A DNA stretch of 64,000 bases from the human T2T-CHM13v2.0 reference genome, Homo sapiens (GCF_009914755.1 NC_060947.1), one strand, 5' to 3'. Counted from the stretch's first letter, positions 38,189 to 61,606 are shown. Made by a program: numbers and translations. Notes: generated by a model from the letters alone, not told the origin.

Positions 38189-39084
38189 CTGAAGACCCCT
38201 CAGAAGAACATATCTGGCTGCAACTACTTTATCTGCATGATTGTTAGCATTCCCCAAAAGAAATAAGAAATGTATTAATAAGCCAGAATAGTGTAAAGAT
38301 TGGAGACAATTTTATTAATTTGAAGGAAAAGTTTAATGATTTTTCAGTTTTATCTAATACAAATTGGCTGACAATTATAATTTTTATTAAAATAGTAATA
38401 TATTTGCAATTATGCTTTGCCACACTGCTTCATCTATTCTTATAACAATTAATATTAAAAGACATTTTCCTTCAAAAGGAAGGTATAAATGTTGTACCGC
38501 AATTGCCGCATTATTCTGTGATTAAAATGAAATATGTATTCAGGCAAAATCATACAATATTTAGTGGTTCCAATAAGAGCTATTTGGATCAAACTAGTTA
38601 GTAATATGCTATTTAAGCATCTTTTCTCTCTATATTTTTCATGGATTTTCTCCTGGTTATTAATATCATTTGAGAACTATTATTTTAATTTCATCATATG
38701 ATAATATACGGCTTTAAAACAGAAAGTGATGTGGCATGCTCTGAATATTAGGCTTACTTCATTTGCATAATGAGCTGAGTGTCCCAAGGCTGGTAACTAT
38801 AGTCATTTACTTAGCTTGCTACTCAAAACTTTCTAGACAAATATGATAGAGGTGCAGAAGGGAGAGAAGATTATGATATGAAAGCACAATACGGTACATT
38901 CTTTGGGATCTGAGAAATGTTTGTAGTTATTAAAAGATGTCTCCCAGAGTCATGGAACAAAGCAAAAATGTAGTTTTAGCATGTAAGAAAGAGGATGAAA
39001 TTGAATTAATATCACTATAGCTTAATCAATTTTTTAATTTATAAACTTCTTTATTCCTGCTGTGACTTACTTCAGTCATTGGCT

Positions 39085-39885
39085 TATTTTATTCACTCAT
39101 TCATTTAACAAATATTTCTTGAGCATTTGTTACGTGCTAGGCAGCATAATAGGAATTGGGGATATGGTGCTGTAAAATGGACATGGACTCTGTCTTCATG
39201 AATATCACATTATAGTAGGAAGACTCATGAGAAACAAGTAAATTATTTAAAAATATAATCTCAGAGGATGTTAAACTCTATGATAGTAATAAATCAGAGT
39301 AAGACAATATAGTGTACTACCGGAGGGAGGAGCTATTAGGATGATCTGGGAAGATATATGAGGCAATGAATGACATTTGAGCAGAACTGAATGATGAGAA
39401 GTTATCAATCGTGAAAATCTTGGAGAAGAGCTATCCATGAAGGAAGACTGTGTACAAAGGCCCTAAGGTAGGAATGAACTTGTTATGTATGGAGAACAGC
39501 AAGAAAGCCATGGTGGCTAGAGTGGAGTGAGTGAGGGGTATAGTAGGAGATGATGTCAGATTAGGGAGTCAGGGGCCAGACTGTGTGGGGACTTGTAGGT
39601 CATAGTTAGGGCTTGGAATTTTCTTCTATGGTGTTAGAGGACTTTGAGCAAAGAAATGGATTGCTATGACTGTTTGAAATGGTAATTTTGATATCTGTGT
39701 TAAGAGAGGAAAATATAAGTATGGAGATAAGTTAGGTAGCTTCTGTAGTATTTCAAGTAAGAGACGAAGATGGTTCAGACCAGGGTAATAGTGATGCACG
39801 TGGTGAGAAAAGGGCAGATTAGTAATAAAGTTGAAGGTAGAACTGACAAAATCTCCTATTATTTGTTTGCTTTAGGGTTTGGGGG
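39085..39885 (-). mobile_element. L2a 3' region
   Basis: ATTCACTCATTCATTTAACAAATATTTCTTGAGC tail; CAAAGGCCCTAAGGTAGGAATGAACTTG. Confidence 0.85.
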
Positions 39886-40149
39886 CACACAGGAAAGGAG
39901 GCAGTATGTGATGATTAAGAACGCAGTAAATAAAACTGATTTATTTTCTATGTTTAATCTAGTTGCTGGGTGAGTATTTGAAAGAAGTGCAGAAAACTTA
40001 TTTGTACTTTATCAAGTCATTAAATAGGGCTCTCATAATCTTATAGATAAGATAAAGATATGCAATCTGAGTGCTTATACAATTGGCTACTTACTGGAAA
40101 ATAACTGGAAAGTTACTGGAACATAACTGATAGAAAATACAATGACACC

Positions 40150-40305
40150 ATGGGGCAAGGTTTTTAGTAGCATGATGTAGGACATTGATCTTGGTTTGGT
40201 TGTGGTTATTGACGTTATCAATGACTTGAATGAAGATACAGAAATAACATTGCTGGTTTTTATGGGAGACAGGTAAAGCAGGATTACACTAGAAGACAAA
40301 ATCTA
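40150..40305 (+). mobile_element. L3/CR1 reverse-transcriptase relic
   Basis: ATCAATGACTTGAATGAAGATACAGAA encodes INDLNEDTE, matching the CR1 RT FINDLDE motif. Confidence 0.55.
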
Positions 40306-40329
40306 TGGTTTTTCTTTTGATTAAGAGTT

Positions 40330-41020
<691 letters not shown>

Positions 41021-41039
41021 TATTTGTATATCACAATTT

Positions 41040-47895
<6,856 letters not shown>

Positions 47896-48003
47896 CCATA
47901 AGGAGACTTAAACATTCTAAGGAATTTGACAGTTTGGAATCATTGACAGATTAGAAGCCAGAGAGTGACACAATCAGACCTCTGTGTAGAAAGATTATTC
48001 CTG

Positions 48004-48480
<477 letters not shown>

Positions 48481-48554
48481 TCAGAAGATAGTGCTTTTTT
48501 GACATTAGAAAGACTTTTTAAAAATGTGAGCTAACTTGATGACCCGTAAAAGTA

Positions 48555-48884
48555 AGAACAAGATCGTGTCCTTTGCAGGGACATGGCTGGAGTTGGAGGC
48601 CATTATCCTTAGCAAACTAACACAGGAACAGAAAACCAAATACCTCATGTTTTCACTTATACATGGGGGCTAAATGATGAGGACGCATGGACACATAGAG
48701 GGAAACAACATACACTGGGGCCTATTGGAGGGTCGGAGGAAGGAGATGATCAGAAAAGTAACTAACGAGTCCTAGGCTTAATACCTGGGTGACAAAATAA
48801 TGTGTACAACAAACCCCTAAGACACAAGTTTACCTATATAACAAACCTGCACATGTACCCATGAACTTGAAATAAAAGTTAAAA
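48555..48884 (+). mobile_element. L1PA13-16-type 3' end
   Basis: CTTAGCAAACTAACACAGGAACAGAAAACCAAATAC...AACCTGCACATGTACCC...AATAAAAGTT; TSD AAAAGTA. Confidence 0.88.
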
Positions 48885-48916
48885 AAAAGTAGGTTCTTTG
48901 GCAAAGTAGAATATAC

Positions 48917-48947
<31 letters not shown>

Positions 48948-49901
48948 GTTCAGAATTGCCTTTTGCTCAATGTGTCAGGAAAATCCTTCTGGGATTTTCA
49001 TAGCATGGTGGGCTATCACCTCAATAGTGCTCTGAAGGAAACCTGCTAGAACAGAAAATTTGAAATGCCTTTCAAAAGGGGATGGCTTTTCATAACTAAA
49101 TGTGACATCACAAACTGGTTTTTTATCTTCATATTCCCAAGGTAGCAATGTCAAAAATATTTTTTTTTCAAAGTCTCTATCTGGAAAGCAAGAACACAAT
49201 TATCAGGTAGGATAGGAGCTGTAAATTACATATTGAAAATCTCTCAGAACATGAGTTTTATTTCAGAGGAAATTTATAATATCTGGCTTTATTGACATTT
49301 CAACAATGCGTATTTTAGTTTCATGGCTACAGTATTTAACTAAGATATTTTATTCTAATACCTCAGAAAACAGCATTAACACTTTAGTTTTAAAAATAAG
49401 ATTTTTTTAATGAACAAATAATAATGGTATATACTTATGAGATATAATATGACATTTTTATCTATGTATACATTGAAGAAAGAGTCAACCAAGCTAATAA
49501 TGTGTCCATTATCACGCTAACTGATCTCTTTTTGTGATGAAAATATTTAAAATATGTTATTCTAGCAACTTTGAAATATACATTTTTATTAACCATGGTC
49601 TCTCCCACTGAGTGTGAGCTAAACTTATTGACTCACTCCTAACAAAATATAGCAGAAGTTATGGTATGTTACTTCTGAGGCTAAGTTATTAAAATATTGT
49701 GACTTCTGACTTAGTTGATTTATCTCCATGCAGTGCAATATATTTACCTTACTCCTCCAGTCAAACTGAGAGTTTGTACTCTTGATTAACAGCTTCTCTT
49801 TCCTCAGCCCTCTCCATTCCCCACTCCTCAGCAACTGGTAATCACTTTTCTAGACTCTGTTTCAATTAGATCAGCATTTTAGGTTCTGCATATGAGATCA
49901 T

Positions 49902-52951
<3,050 letters not shown>

Positions 52952-53894
52952 ATTGTATACTGTGCCTGGCTTATTTCACTTAGCATAATGTCCTCCAGTT
53001 TCATCCATGTCATTGTAAATGACAAACTTTTTCTCTATTATTAATCCTGGATAGCACTCCATTGTATAAATATACCACATGTTCTTTATCCATTCATCCA
53101 TTGATGGACAATTAGGTTGATTCCATAACTTGGCTATTGTGAAAAATGCTGAAATAAACATGACATAAACATGAAATAAAAATGCACACATATCTTCAGC
53201 ATATTGACTTTAATACCTTTGGATATATACCCTGAAGTGGGATTGCTCCATGATATGGTAATTCTATTTTGAATTTTTTGAGGAATGCCCATACCATTTT
53301 CCAAAGTGTCTGCGCTATTTTACATTCCCACTAACAGTGTGCAAGGGTTCCCTTTTCTCCACATCCTCACAAACACTTGTTATTACTTGTGCTTTTTATC
53401 ATAGCCATTCTAACAGTTGTGAGGTGATATCTCATGGTTTTAATTTTCATTTCTCTGATGACTAGAGATGTTGAGCATTTTTTCATATATCTGTTGATCA
53501 TGTCTATCTCTTCTTTTGAGAAACGTCTGCTCAGATAGTTTGCCAATTTTCTAATTGGTTTTTGTTTTCTTGCCGTTGCGTTGAGTTCCTTATGTATTTT
53601 AGATATTACCTCTTTCTCAGATGTGTAATCTGCATATATTTTCTCCCAGTCCATGAGTTTTCTCTTCACTTTGTTAATTGCTTACTTTGTTGTATAGAGC
53701 TTTTTGGTTTGATACAATTCCCTTTGTCTATTTTTGCTTTTCTTTCCTGTGCTTTTGGGGTCTTATCCAAAACATACTTGCTCAGTCCAATGTCATAAAG
53801 AATTTTCCCTGGTTTCTTCTAGTGGCTTTACAGTTTCAAGTGGTACATAAATTTTTTAAAAAATTTTGTAAAGATTTTGTTTTAAAAATTACTA

Positions 53895-54415
53895 ATATAC
53901 AGCCTCCAAGATATATCTCCAATGACCCCATCCTCCTAGCATTAATTTTCATGTGTTATAATCTCCTGTTGTGTGTGGGCTGGACTTATTGTTTCACTTC
54001 TAACAAATAAAATATGGTATACATTATGGTATATCGCTTCTGAGATTAAGTTATTTAAATACTATGACTTCTGACTTAGTTGATTTATCTCATTGTCTTG
54101 GATCAGTCACCCTCAGGGAAGCCAGTTGCCCTGTTGTGATTTAGCCCTGCAGAAAGGTTTATAGTTTCAAACAATTAAGTACTGCCAACAATCACATGAG
54201 TGAGCTTACAAATATCTTAGGCTCTTTCCCTGATCAAACATTCAGCTAAGACTCCCAATCCCAGCTAACAGCTTGACTGCAACCCCATGGAATAGTTGAA
54301 TCATAAGCACCCAGTTGTTGCCAGATTTTTGGGCCACAGAAACTTTAAGATGTTTGTTTACTCAACCTGTTAAATTTTGGAATAATTTGTTACATAGCAG
54401 TAGACAACTAAAACA
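53895..54415 (+). mobile_element. MLT1F-like solo LTR
   Basis: CAGCCTCCAAGAT...CCAATGACCC...GCCAACAATCACATGAGTGAGCTT...TTTGTTACATAGCAGTAGACAACTAAAACA. Confidence 0.85.
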
Positions 54416-54729
54416 TTGATCTTAAGGTGGTTGTCAATTATTTTACTTTCATTTTCTTAAACTGCCATTTTCTCTCCATCACATATAGAGAGAGTGGGAC
54501 ACACTGGTTCATACTTAAATTTGATTGTGAAAGATATTAAATAAGATTTAGAAAATCTTTCTTACAACATTGTAATAAACAATAAATAAAATCACATTTT
54601 AATAAGAAAATAACAGTAAAATAACATTGACAGAAACTCAAAAATATCTTGTTCTCTACCGTATTTCTATGACAAAGGCAAGTCTATTCATGAATCATAT
54701 TCTTGGCCTCTCCTTGTCTCATGTGAAAG

Positions 54730-55067
54730 GGAATGTTAGTGCTCACTGATAACCATCTTCACTTTTACATTTTTAAGTCTCCTTTGCAATTAGATTGGCC
54801 ATGTGCCTGGTTCTGGCCATTAGAATGTGAGTGGAAGTTATAAATGTCACATACAGGCCAAAGTTGATGGGACTGGTGTGGCTCGTCCACATACTGCTGC
54901 AACCTCCCACTGGCTATATGATGCCAGGGAAACCGCAAGCCCCAGGATAGAAGCAGCTTGAGCTCCTACGTAACTGCTTATCAGAAAACTTTCTAGCTTG
55001 CAATTAACTGGTCTGAGAGCAGATCATATTTGTTAGCAACATTGCCTCTCCTATCTTGACTAATCCA
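54730..55067 (+). mobile_element. Old MaLR LTR (MLT1I/J-like)
   Basis: CTTTGCAATTAGATTGGCCATGTG...TTCTGGCCATTAGAATGTGAGTGGAAGT...CCTATCTTGACTAATCCA. Confidence 0.65.
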
Positions 55068-55569
55068 CCCCTGTCCCATCCTTCACTCCAATCTCTTAAG
55101 TATAAAGGATCTTTTGTTATTCTAGCAAATAAATTGTCTTAGCATTTGTTGCAACTGATAGGGGCAATGTGCTTGAGCTATTAAATTGTGGCCGGTAAAG
55201 AAAACCTAGAATTACCTGGAGTTATTTTCTTAAGAGTGGAAGGTCTAAAATAGGAAAGAAGGCAGAGAAGACACAAAGGAGAAAAACAGATGTAGATTGC
55301 TTGGTTGGTTGCTTGGTTTTGGTTTAGTTAGGATTATTTGCTTTTCTTGTGCAAAACAAAAGGAGAATAGTGAACATTAAACATTGATTAGTGATACTCA
55401 GGACAGTTGTGTGAAGATTTTTAGAACATAGTTCTGAATGGTATGCAACATAATTCCCTATCACTTCTTTTAGGGCTTCAGTTAATATTCTCTTTGTTTT
55501 CCAGTATTCCTTTAGATAGCAAAGTAATATAGCTTTTGAATTAGAAAATAATTTGGTTACACTATTACT

Positions 55570-55910
55570 GTTTTATTGATGACCCACTGTGATTCAAAGA
55601 TAATGCTAGGAGTTGCATAATCAAAACTAAACAAGACAGATGTAGTTTTTGAAACAGACATGCCCTCATCCTCTAGAAGTTTATAGTCTAGAGGAAGACA
55701 AAAATTAAATAATTACAGTAAAGTGTGATAAGTGCTATGATAAGTGAAAAAGATACTAAGGAAACATAAAGGTTGGGCTGGCAGGCAGGACTTCTAAGGG
55801 GAAATGACAGGTAAGCTGGAACCAGATATGTATGTAGGAGCTTTCCAGGCAAAGCGTGAAGGGAGTAGGGTAGACAGCTCAGGGGAAATGTTTGTGCCTG
55901 GTGCACAGGA
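55570..55910 (-). mobile_element. L2 fragment
   Basis: CTCTAGAAGTTTATAGTCTAGAGGAAGACA...GTGTGATAAGTGCTATGATA. Confidence 0.7.
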
Positions 55911-56275
55911 GCTCTTCATGGAACAATTATTTTAATTTCTTCCTGCAGACTATCCATAGGGCTCAATCTAGAGTCCATGGATCCAGGATAAGACATCAAT
56001 GCAGATTTTTATGCTATCCTTTTTGGGAACTTGTCCCTCTTCAAAATTTCCAGGCAAATATATCTTCAGAAAGCCCTCTTGAGTGTATATAATTCAACTG
56101 ACTCATTCAAAGAGACACCAAATAGTACCTACCCTACCACCTCCTGAGACATTTTTAAATTCCCATAGTGGGCTAAATGTAGCTTCAAACTGGTACTATC
56201 CCACACATGAAGTATTTGTTCATAACATACCATGTAATCTGAATACATGTAAATCAAGAGGATGATACGCTTCAG

Positions 56276-56420
56276 TCAAGAGAAGCCGAATGTTAATAGC
56301 TAAGACAATGGGGAAAGTGTCTCCAGGGCATTTCAGAGATCTTCACCGCAGCCCCTCCCGTCACAGGCCAGGAGGCCTAGGAGGAACAAAATAGTTTCCT
56401 GGGCTGGGCCCAGGGCCCTG
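56276..56420 (+). mobile_element. Orphan THE1D/MST internal fragment (no LTR)
   Basis: 48 of the first 49 nt identical to 52125-52173. Confidence 0.9.
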
Positions 56421-56689
56421 ATAGTTTCATATTAAACCATCACAATAGAGTTGATAGTTTAATATTTTATTATATCAATATATTCTGATTTATTTAACCA
56501 TTCTTCTGTTTGGATACCTTTAAATTGTTGCTGAAATTTCCCAATTATAGTGAATATGTTAATGAATGCCTTCAGACATCTATTTTGTGTAACTTTATTT
56601 TCTCACACAAAGCCCTAATAATGAAATTACTAGATTGCTCAAGCTTCAAGGCCCCATGGAAGGAGTATGACTAAGATTGTTGTACAATT

Positions 56690-56860
56690 TCTCCTTGGCC
56701 AGATTACCTCACGTATCTGAGCATTTATTTCATTATCTGTAAAATGGGAAGAAAAGTAGAACTTATCTCATAGGGTTGTATCAAAATTGAGTTAATGTCG
56801 GTAAAGCACGTAGAACAGAGTCTTACGTGTAGAAAACACTACTGCAAAAAGAATGCTGTT
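56690..56860 (+). mobile_element. MIR
   Basis: ATCTGTAAAATGGG...CTCATAGGGTTGT...GTAAAGCACGTAGAACAG. Confidence 0.8.
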
Positions 56861-56864
56861 TAGA

Positions 56865-57510
56865 TGGCCGGAACGCAAGCTAGAAATCAGTGGTAGAGTT
56901 AATTGCAGTTGTCCAGATGACAGATAATGGTAGGTTGGGCTCACATCCTAGTGGTGAGAATAGTGAGAAATTTATGGACTCAAGAAATATCTCATTTGTA
57001 GAATTGAGAATGTTTGTTCATGAGTTAACATGCAGGGGAGTGGTGGGAAAAGAAGAGTCAGGATGACTAAGGATTTTGGACAGATCAATGGAAAGGATGC
57101 AGTTGCAAATTCTGAAGTAGGAAAGATTGAGAAAGGAGCAGATTTGAAGGGAAAATCAGGAACTTGGTTTGAATATTTTATGTTTGAGATACCTATTGGA
57201 TGTTCAAGCAGAGGTGTTAACTAGGCTATTGGGTATACTAGCTTGGTGTTTAGGAGAACAACTGGCAAGATTATAAATGTGGGAGTCTTTCAACTATAGA
57301 TTATTCTTAAAGCCATGCAATTGGACAAGATCACCAAAGGAGCAAGTGTAGATAAAAAAGCAAAGAGGTCCAGGGAGTGAGCTCTGGGCCCTTCAAACAC
57401 TTATTGTGCAGGCATATGAGGAGAAGCCAGCAAAGGACACTGAGGAGGAACTGGTGAGATAGGAAAAGAGCCAGGTAAACTTAGTGTCACAGAAACCTTG
57501 GAAAGCAAAT
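56865..57510 (-). mobile_element. L2a ORF-region fragment
   Basis: AAGAAGAGTCAGGATGACT...TGTTTGAGATACCTATTGGA...GGAGAAGCCAGCAAAGGACACTGAG. Confidence 0.8.
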
Positions 57511-57594
57511 TAACGTCGCACTTTGAGGCTTGACTATGAATGCCTTGGAGGAGATTGTAGGCTCTCAAGTTAGGGGAAGTCATTGACACTGATA

Positions 57595-57870
57595 GGTGGT
57601 TGTTGGAAGTATGGACTCTAAAGTCAGCAGAATTGGATTTGAATCCAGGCTCTACCAGTCACCAGATGTATTATTAATACCTTAAGCAAGACACTAAACA
57701 TCTGTCTACTTCATTTTTTCTCATGCAATTAAGCAGACATAGTGACAGTACATAACACAGAATGTAGTTTTGAAGATTAATGACATAATTCATGCAGAGC
57801 AGAGCACTTACTATAACACAAGATGCAGAGTAAGCACTTAAGAAACATTGACACTTGCTATTTTACTAAC
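57595..57870 (+). mobile_element. MIR
   Basis: TGGATTTGAATCCAGGCTCTACCA...TGAAGATTAA...AGTAAGCACTTAA. Confidence 0.75.
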
Positions 57871-58189
57871 AGTCATTGTTATTATCAGTATAATCCCTTT
57901 TATTATGCAGTTGAATAAAATTATCTGTGAACAAATCATTAGTGAATAGTGAACAAAATCATTTGTTACATTTTAAACATAGTGCCTGGTGTATGACAGG
58001 TTATCAAGAAACAGTTTGTATGTATGTGTATGTGCACAAGCACACATGTAGGTACTCTTGTAAAATTCTTGAGGTAATTTCTGGGTCAGTAGTGATTATG
58101 TAATAATTATGGTTATAGCTGACAATGCAGTCATGTGTTATCCATGATTCTAATCAACTAATATGTAAAAACAGATTAATAGGCTTAAT

Positions 58190-58335
58190 TACTCTTAGGA
58201 ACTCATTACTGCCCCTTTTCATAGATAAAGAAACTAAAGCAAAGAGAAGTTAAATTTCTTGCCCAATTTTGTATTGCTAGCAAGACTTAAATCCCACCTT
58301 CTGGCTCTAGCACCATACTCTTACCCCCTACATTG
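58190..58335 (-). mobile_element. MIR fragment
   Basis: TTTCATAGATAAAGAAACTAAAGCAAAGAGAAGTTAAATTTCTTGCCCAA. Confidence 0.7.
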
Positions 58336-59449
58336 TAGTATCCCTCAATAGTAATGTCAGTGTTCATAACAAGCTATAAATATCCAAAAAAACAATGGGT
58401 AAACTTTCAGAAATGGGAGGTGGTTGTGACTATGGCAGGAAGCTTGCTTATCATGGTAACAGTGTCTTTGGGGACCATCTCTGTGTTTTCCCGCCCAGTA
58501 AATTCTCTCTTCTTGATGTGTGTTGACCATTAACACAAGCCTGTGCTGAGATCTCAGACCTTGTAAGAAATGAATCTTTGTCTTAACATGAAAAGTAGTG
58601 CTCTGCTCATTGCTTCTATTCTTTACTCAATTTTTCAGTGAGATTTGTTTTCTTGCTTACTACAGATCTCAGATTTCCAACCATCTGCTTGTATTTTTAC
58701 AGTAAGTCACCTAACGGTCTCCAGAAACAATAAGACATGTTTCATCACCTCCTGCCTGAAATCTTCAGAATAAGTGATGTCTTGTCTTTTATTCATTGTT
58801 TCGTATTTTGAATTTCTTCTAATGTTTTGATTGTAGTTTGCTGAGCCATGTTTTACTGAATTAGTATTATTTCACTGATATAATTTATGCTGTTTCGTAT
58901 ATGTCCAGAAAAAGATGGATATTTTTTCTGTGCTCATAATAAACCTTTTTACAAAGTAAAAGTACACATTTTGAAGTCTTTGCAGTACACTTTTCCAAAT
59001 CAGAAGAAAAATAAATCCTCAGACCTTCATTATATGTGTACAACTCTTCAGAAACAGTTCATAATGAATAATCCAAAAAAGTTGCCAGTTATGTCCTTTG
59101 TTTCTCTATTATATTGGAATAATAATGAGGTCATGGCAAATTAGAAGGAAGTGAATAACTATTCAAAGATGTATTGAAGAAGAAACTATATTTAACATAT
59201 ACTAAATATACACTACCTTCTGCCCTTTGAAATGTTGGATAATTTAGTTCACATCTAAACACCTTTATGGAAATTTCTTTTATAATCCATATATTAAACC
59301 AAATATATGTCATGTTTTTCTATTTCCTAAACAAGACAAAACACAGTACAACAAAATCCTTATTGTTTCACTGACAGTTTGCAATGACTTTATATTTATA
59401 GCTACTGAGAGTTTTATACAAAATATTCTTTGATGCATACCACAGTCTG

Positions 59450-59605
59450 TGGTTGTGGAAAGAACTCAAGAGTAGGATGAGAGACAATTGGGTTTTGATT
59501 CTGACTTTTCCTCTAACTGAGTGGGTACTTGAGGCAACTGCCTTTGCTTCCCACGGCCTTCTCATCTGGAAAAGGGAGCAAAAATTAAACTAGATTAATG
59601 GCTTT
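59450..59605 (+). mobile_element. MIR3/MIRc fragment
   Basis: GTGGAAAGAAC...TGGGTTTTGATTCTGACT...CTCATCTGGAAAAGGGAG. Confidence 0.6.
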
Positions 59606-60268
59606 TAAATTGTTGTTTGATAGTGCGGCCTCTTTTAAACAGTGGATACTTACATTATAAATAACTGAAATTGAAGTCCCTATGGTAATAGAATGATGAA
59701 AGGAAAGAATCACGGGAATTACAGGAATCCGTTTTAGGAGTAGAAATCAAATTCTACTTTTTATATGAGGTAGATGAAGCCAGAAAGTATAGTGCAAAGG
59801 CTCTGGATTTTACCAGTTCCCTTTGGTTTGGAATATTCTCTGTCCAGTGCCATTTTGTCCCAACAAGGAATCTGGAGTGGGGCTGGGTTGACTGATGCAC
59901 TTGAGATTACACCATCAGGGAAAGAGGTGACATTTAAGCTAAGACTGAAATCACTAGGAGTCACTCCGTGGATTTCTGAGGGGAGAACCTTCCAGGCAGA
60001 GATCCAGCACTTACACCCAGATCCAAGGATGTGAATAACTGTGTTATGTTTCATGAAGAGCAAGAAAGTCTGTGTAGCTGGAAAAGAGTAACCAAGTTAG
60101 AGAAGGGTGGGTGATGAGATGGGATAGATGACAACACACTGAATCTCATAGCAGCTTATAGTCTACTTTCAGGCTTTTGTGATTTATTCTAAGTTTACCT
60201 ATAAGTCATTGGAGGGTTTTAGACACAGAACTACTTTGAGCTTATTGCCCTTTTTAAAAGGTCACTTT

Positions 60269-60407
60269 GAACTGAGCATGAATGTATGCCTGTAGTCCCA
60301 GCTACTCAGTAGGCTGATGTGGGAGGGTTGCTTCAGCCCAGGAGTTCAAGGGTGAGCCTGGGCAACATAAAGAGACCTTGTCTCTTAAAAACAACAACAA
60401 CAAAAAA
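60269..60407 (+). mobile_element. Alu monomer (FLAM_A-like)
   Basis: GCCTGTAGTCCCAGCTACTC...GCCCAGGAGTTCAAG...CCTGGGCAACATA...(CAA)n tail. Confidence 0.85.
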
Positions 60408-60440
60408 TCCCTCTTCCTGCTATATAAAGAATAGACTTCT

Positions 60441-60715
60441 GGCCAGGCGCAGTGGCTCACGCCTGTAATCCCAGCACTTTGGGAGGCTGATGTGGGCGGA
60501 TCACCTCAGGTTGGGAGTTCAAGGCCAGTCTGACCAGCATGGAGAAATCCCGTCTCTACCCAAAATACAAAATTAGTCAGGCATGGTGGCACATACCTGT
60601 AATCCCAGCTACTAGGGAGGCTGAGGCAGGAGAATCACTTGAACCCAGGAGGTGGAGGTTGTGGTGAGCCAAGAGCGCACCATTGCAACAAGAGCGAAAC
60701 TTCGTCTCAAAAAAA
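60441..60715 (+). mobile_element. AluSp with 14-bp deletion near the 3' end
   Basis: TGACCAGCATGGAGAAA and CCATTGCA|ACAAGAGCGAAAC; TSD AAAGAATAGACT(T/G)CT at 60426-60440 and 60716-60730. Confidence 0.93.
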
Positions 60716-61367
60716 AAAGAATAGACTGCTTCAGGGTGGGGGTAGGGGACGATAGAAACAAGGAGACCAGTTGAAAAGGCTACTGCCATGGTCCTGATAG
60801 TCAGGAGGTAATTTTTCCATCCACGATTCCTGCATACTATATTTCTTATGGGCTGGCAGAGGCAGTGAACACACGTGGAATAAGTTGAGAGTTGCCCTCT
60901 CTGCATCTCTGGAAGAAATGTGACTATCATTACTGATAAGCTACTCCTTTGGTAACCGAAGGCCTGCCAGGAGCTGTTTCTTAGTCCAATCACAGCCGTG
61001 TCCTACTTTGCATTATCATATCGACACCTAATTCAGGCCAGTGAAAGCAGAATGGAAAAAATAAACCAAAAAGAAATCTGTCACCGTGTACAACCCTACT
61101 CAAACCACCTAACTATCCTGAATCACACTCTCTAACTACCCTATCTCCTGTCATATTTATTATGTGAATTCAAAGTCAGCTCAGGAACATCTCTGTTGAT
61201 TTGCTTTTGTTAACTTGGCTTGATCTTGCTGTGAGTATCCCTGAACTCTCTGTAAAAGTTACTCATTCCTAAATGTGTGCTCCTCCTAGAAGAAGGTCGC
61301 AACCAGACCGTGCTCAAGCCTTAGCACTTTTAGAGCACAACAGAGAGGCAGGTCCCAGTGAATGCTA

Positions 61368-61606
61368 CACAGGCTTCCCTTGGCTAAAGGAGGGAGTTCC
61401 CCGACCCCTTGCACTTCCTGGGTGAGGCGACGCCCCACCCTGCTTCTGCTCACCCTCTGTGAGCCGCACCCACTGTCTAACCAGTCCCAATGAGATGAAC
61501 CTGGTACCTCAGTTGGAAATGCAGAAACCACCCACCTTCTGCCTTGATCTCGCTGGGAGCTGCAGACCGGAGCTGTTCCTATTTGGCCATCTTGCCCAGG
61601 AATCCC
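61368..61606 (-). mobile_element. Isolated L1PA7/8-type 5'UTR (first ~235 nt)
   Basis: Minus strand reads GGCAAGATGGCCAAATAGGAACAGCTCCGGTCTGCAGCTCCCAGCGAGATC, the primate L1 start. Confidence 0.9.

Larger units (their letters stand above)
59890..60810 (-). mobile_element. L2 fragment carrying FLAM and AluSp
   Basis: GAGGTGACATTTAAGCTAAGACTGAA...TTCCAGGCAGAG...CATTGGAGGGTTTTA...GGAGACCAGTT. Confidence 0.75.
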
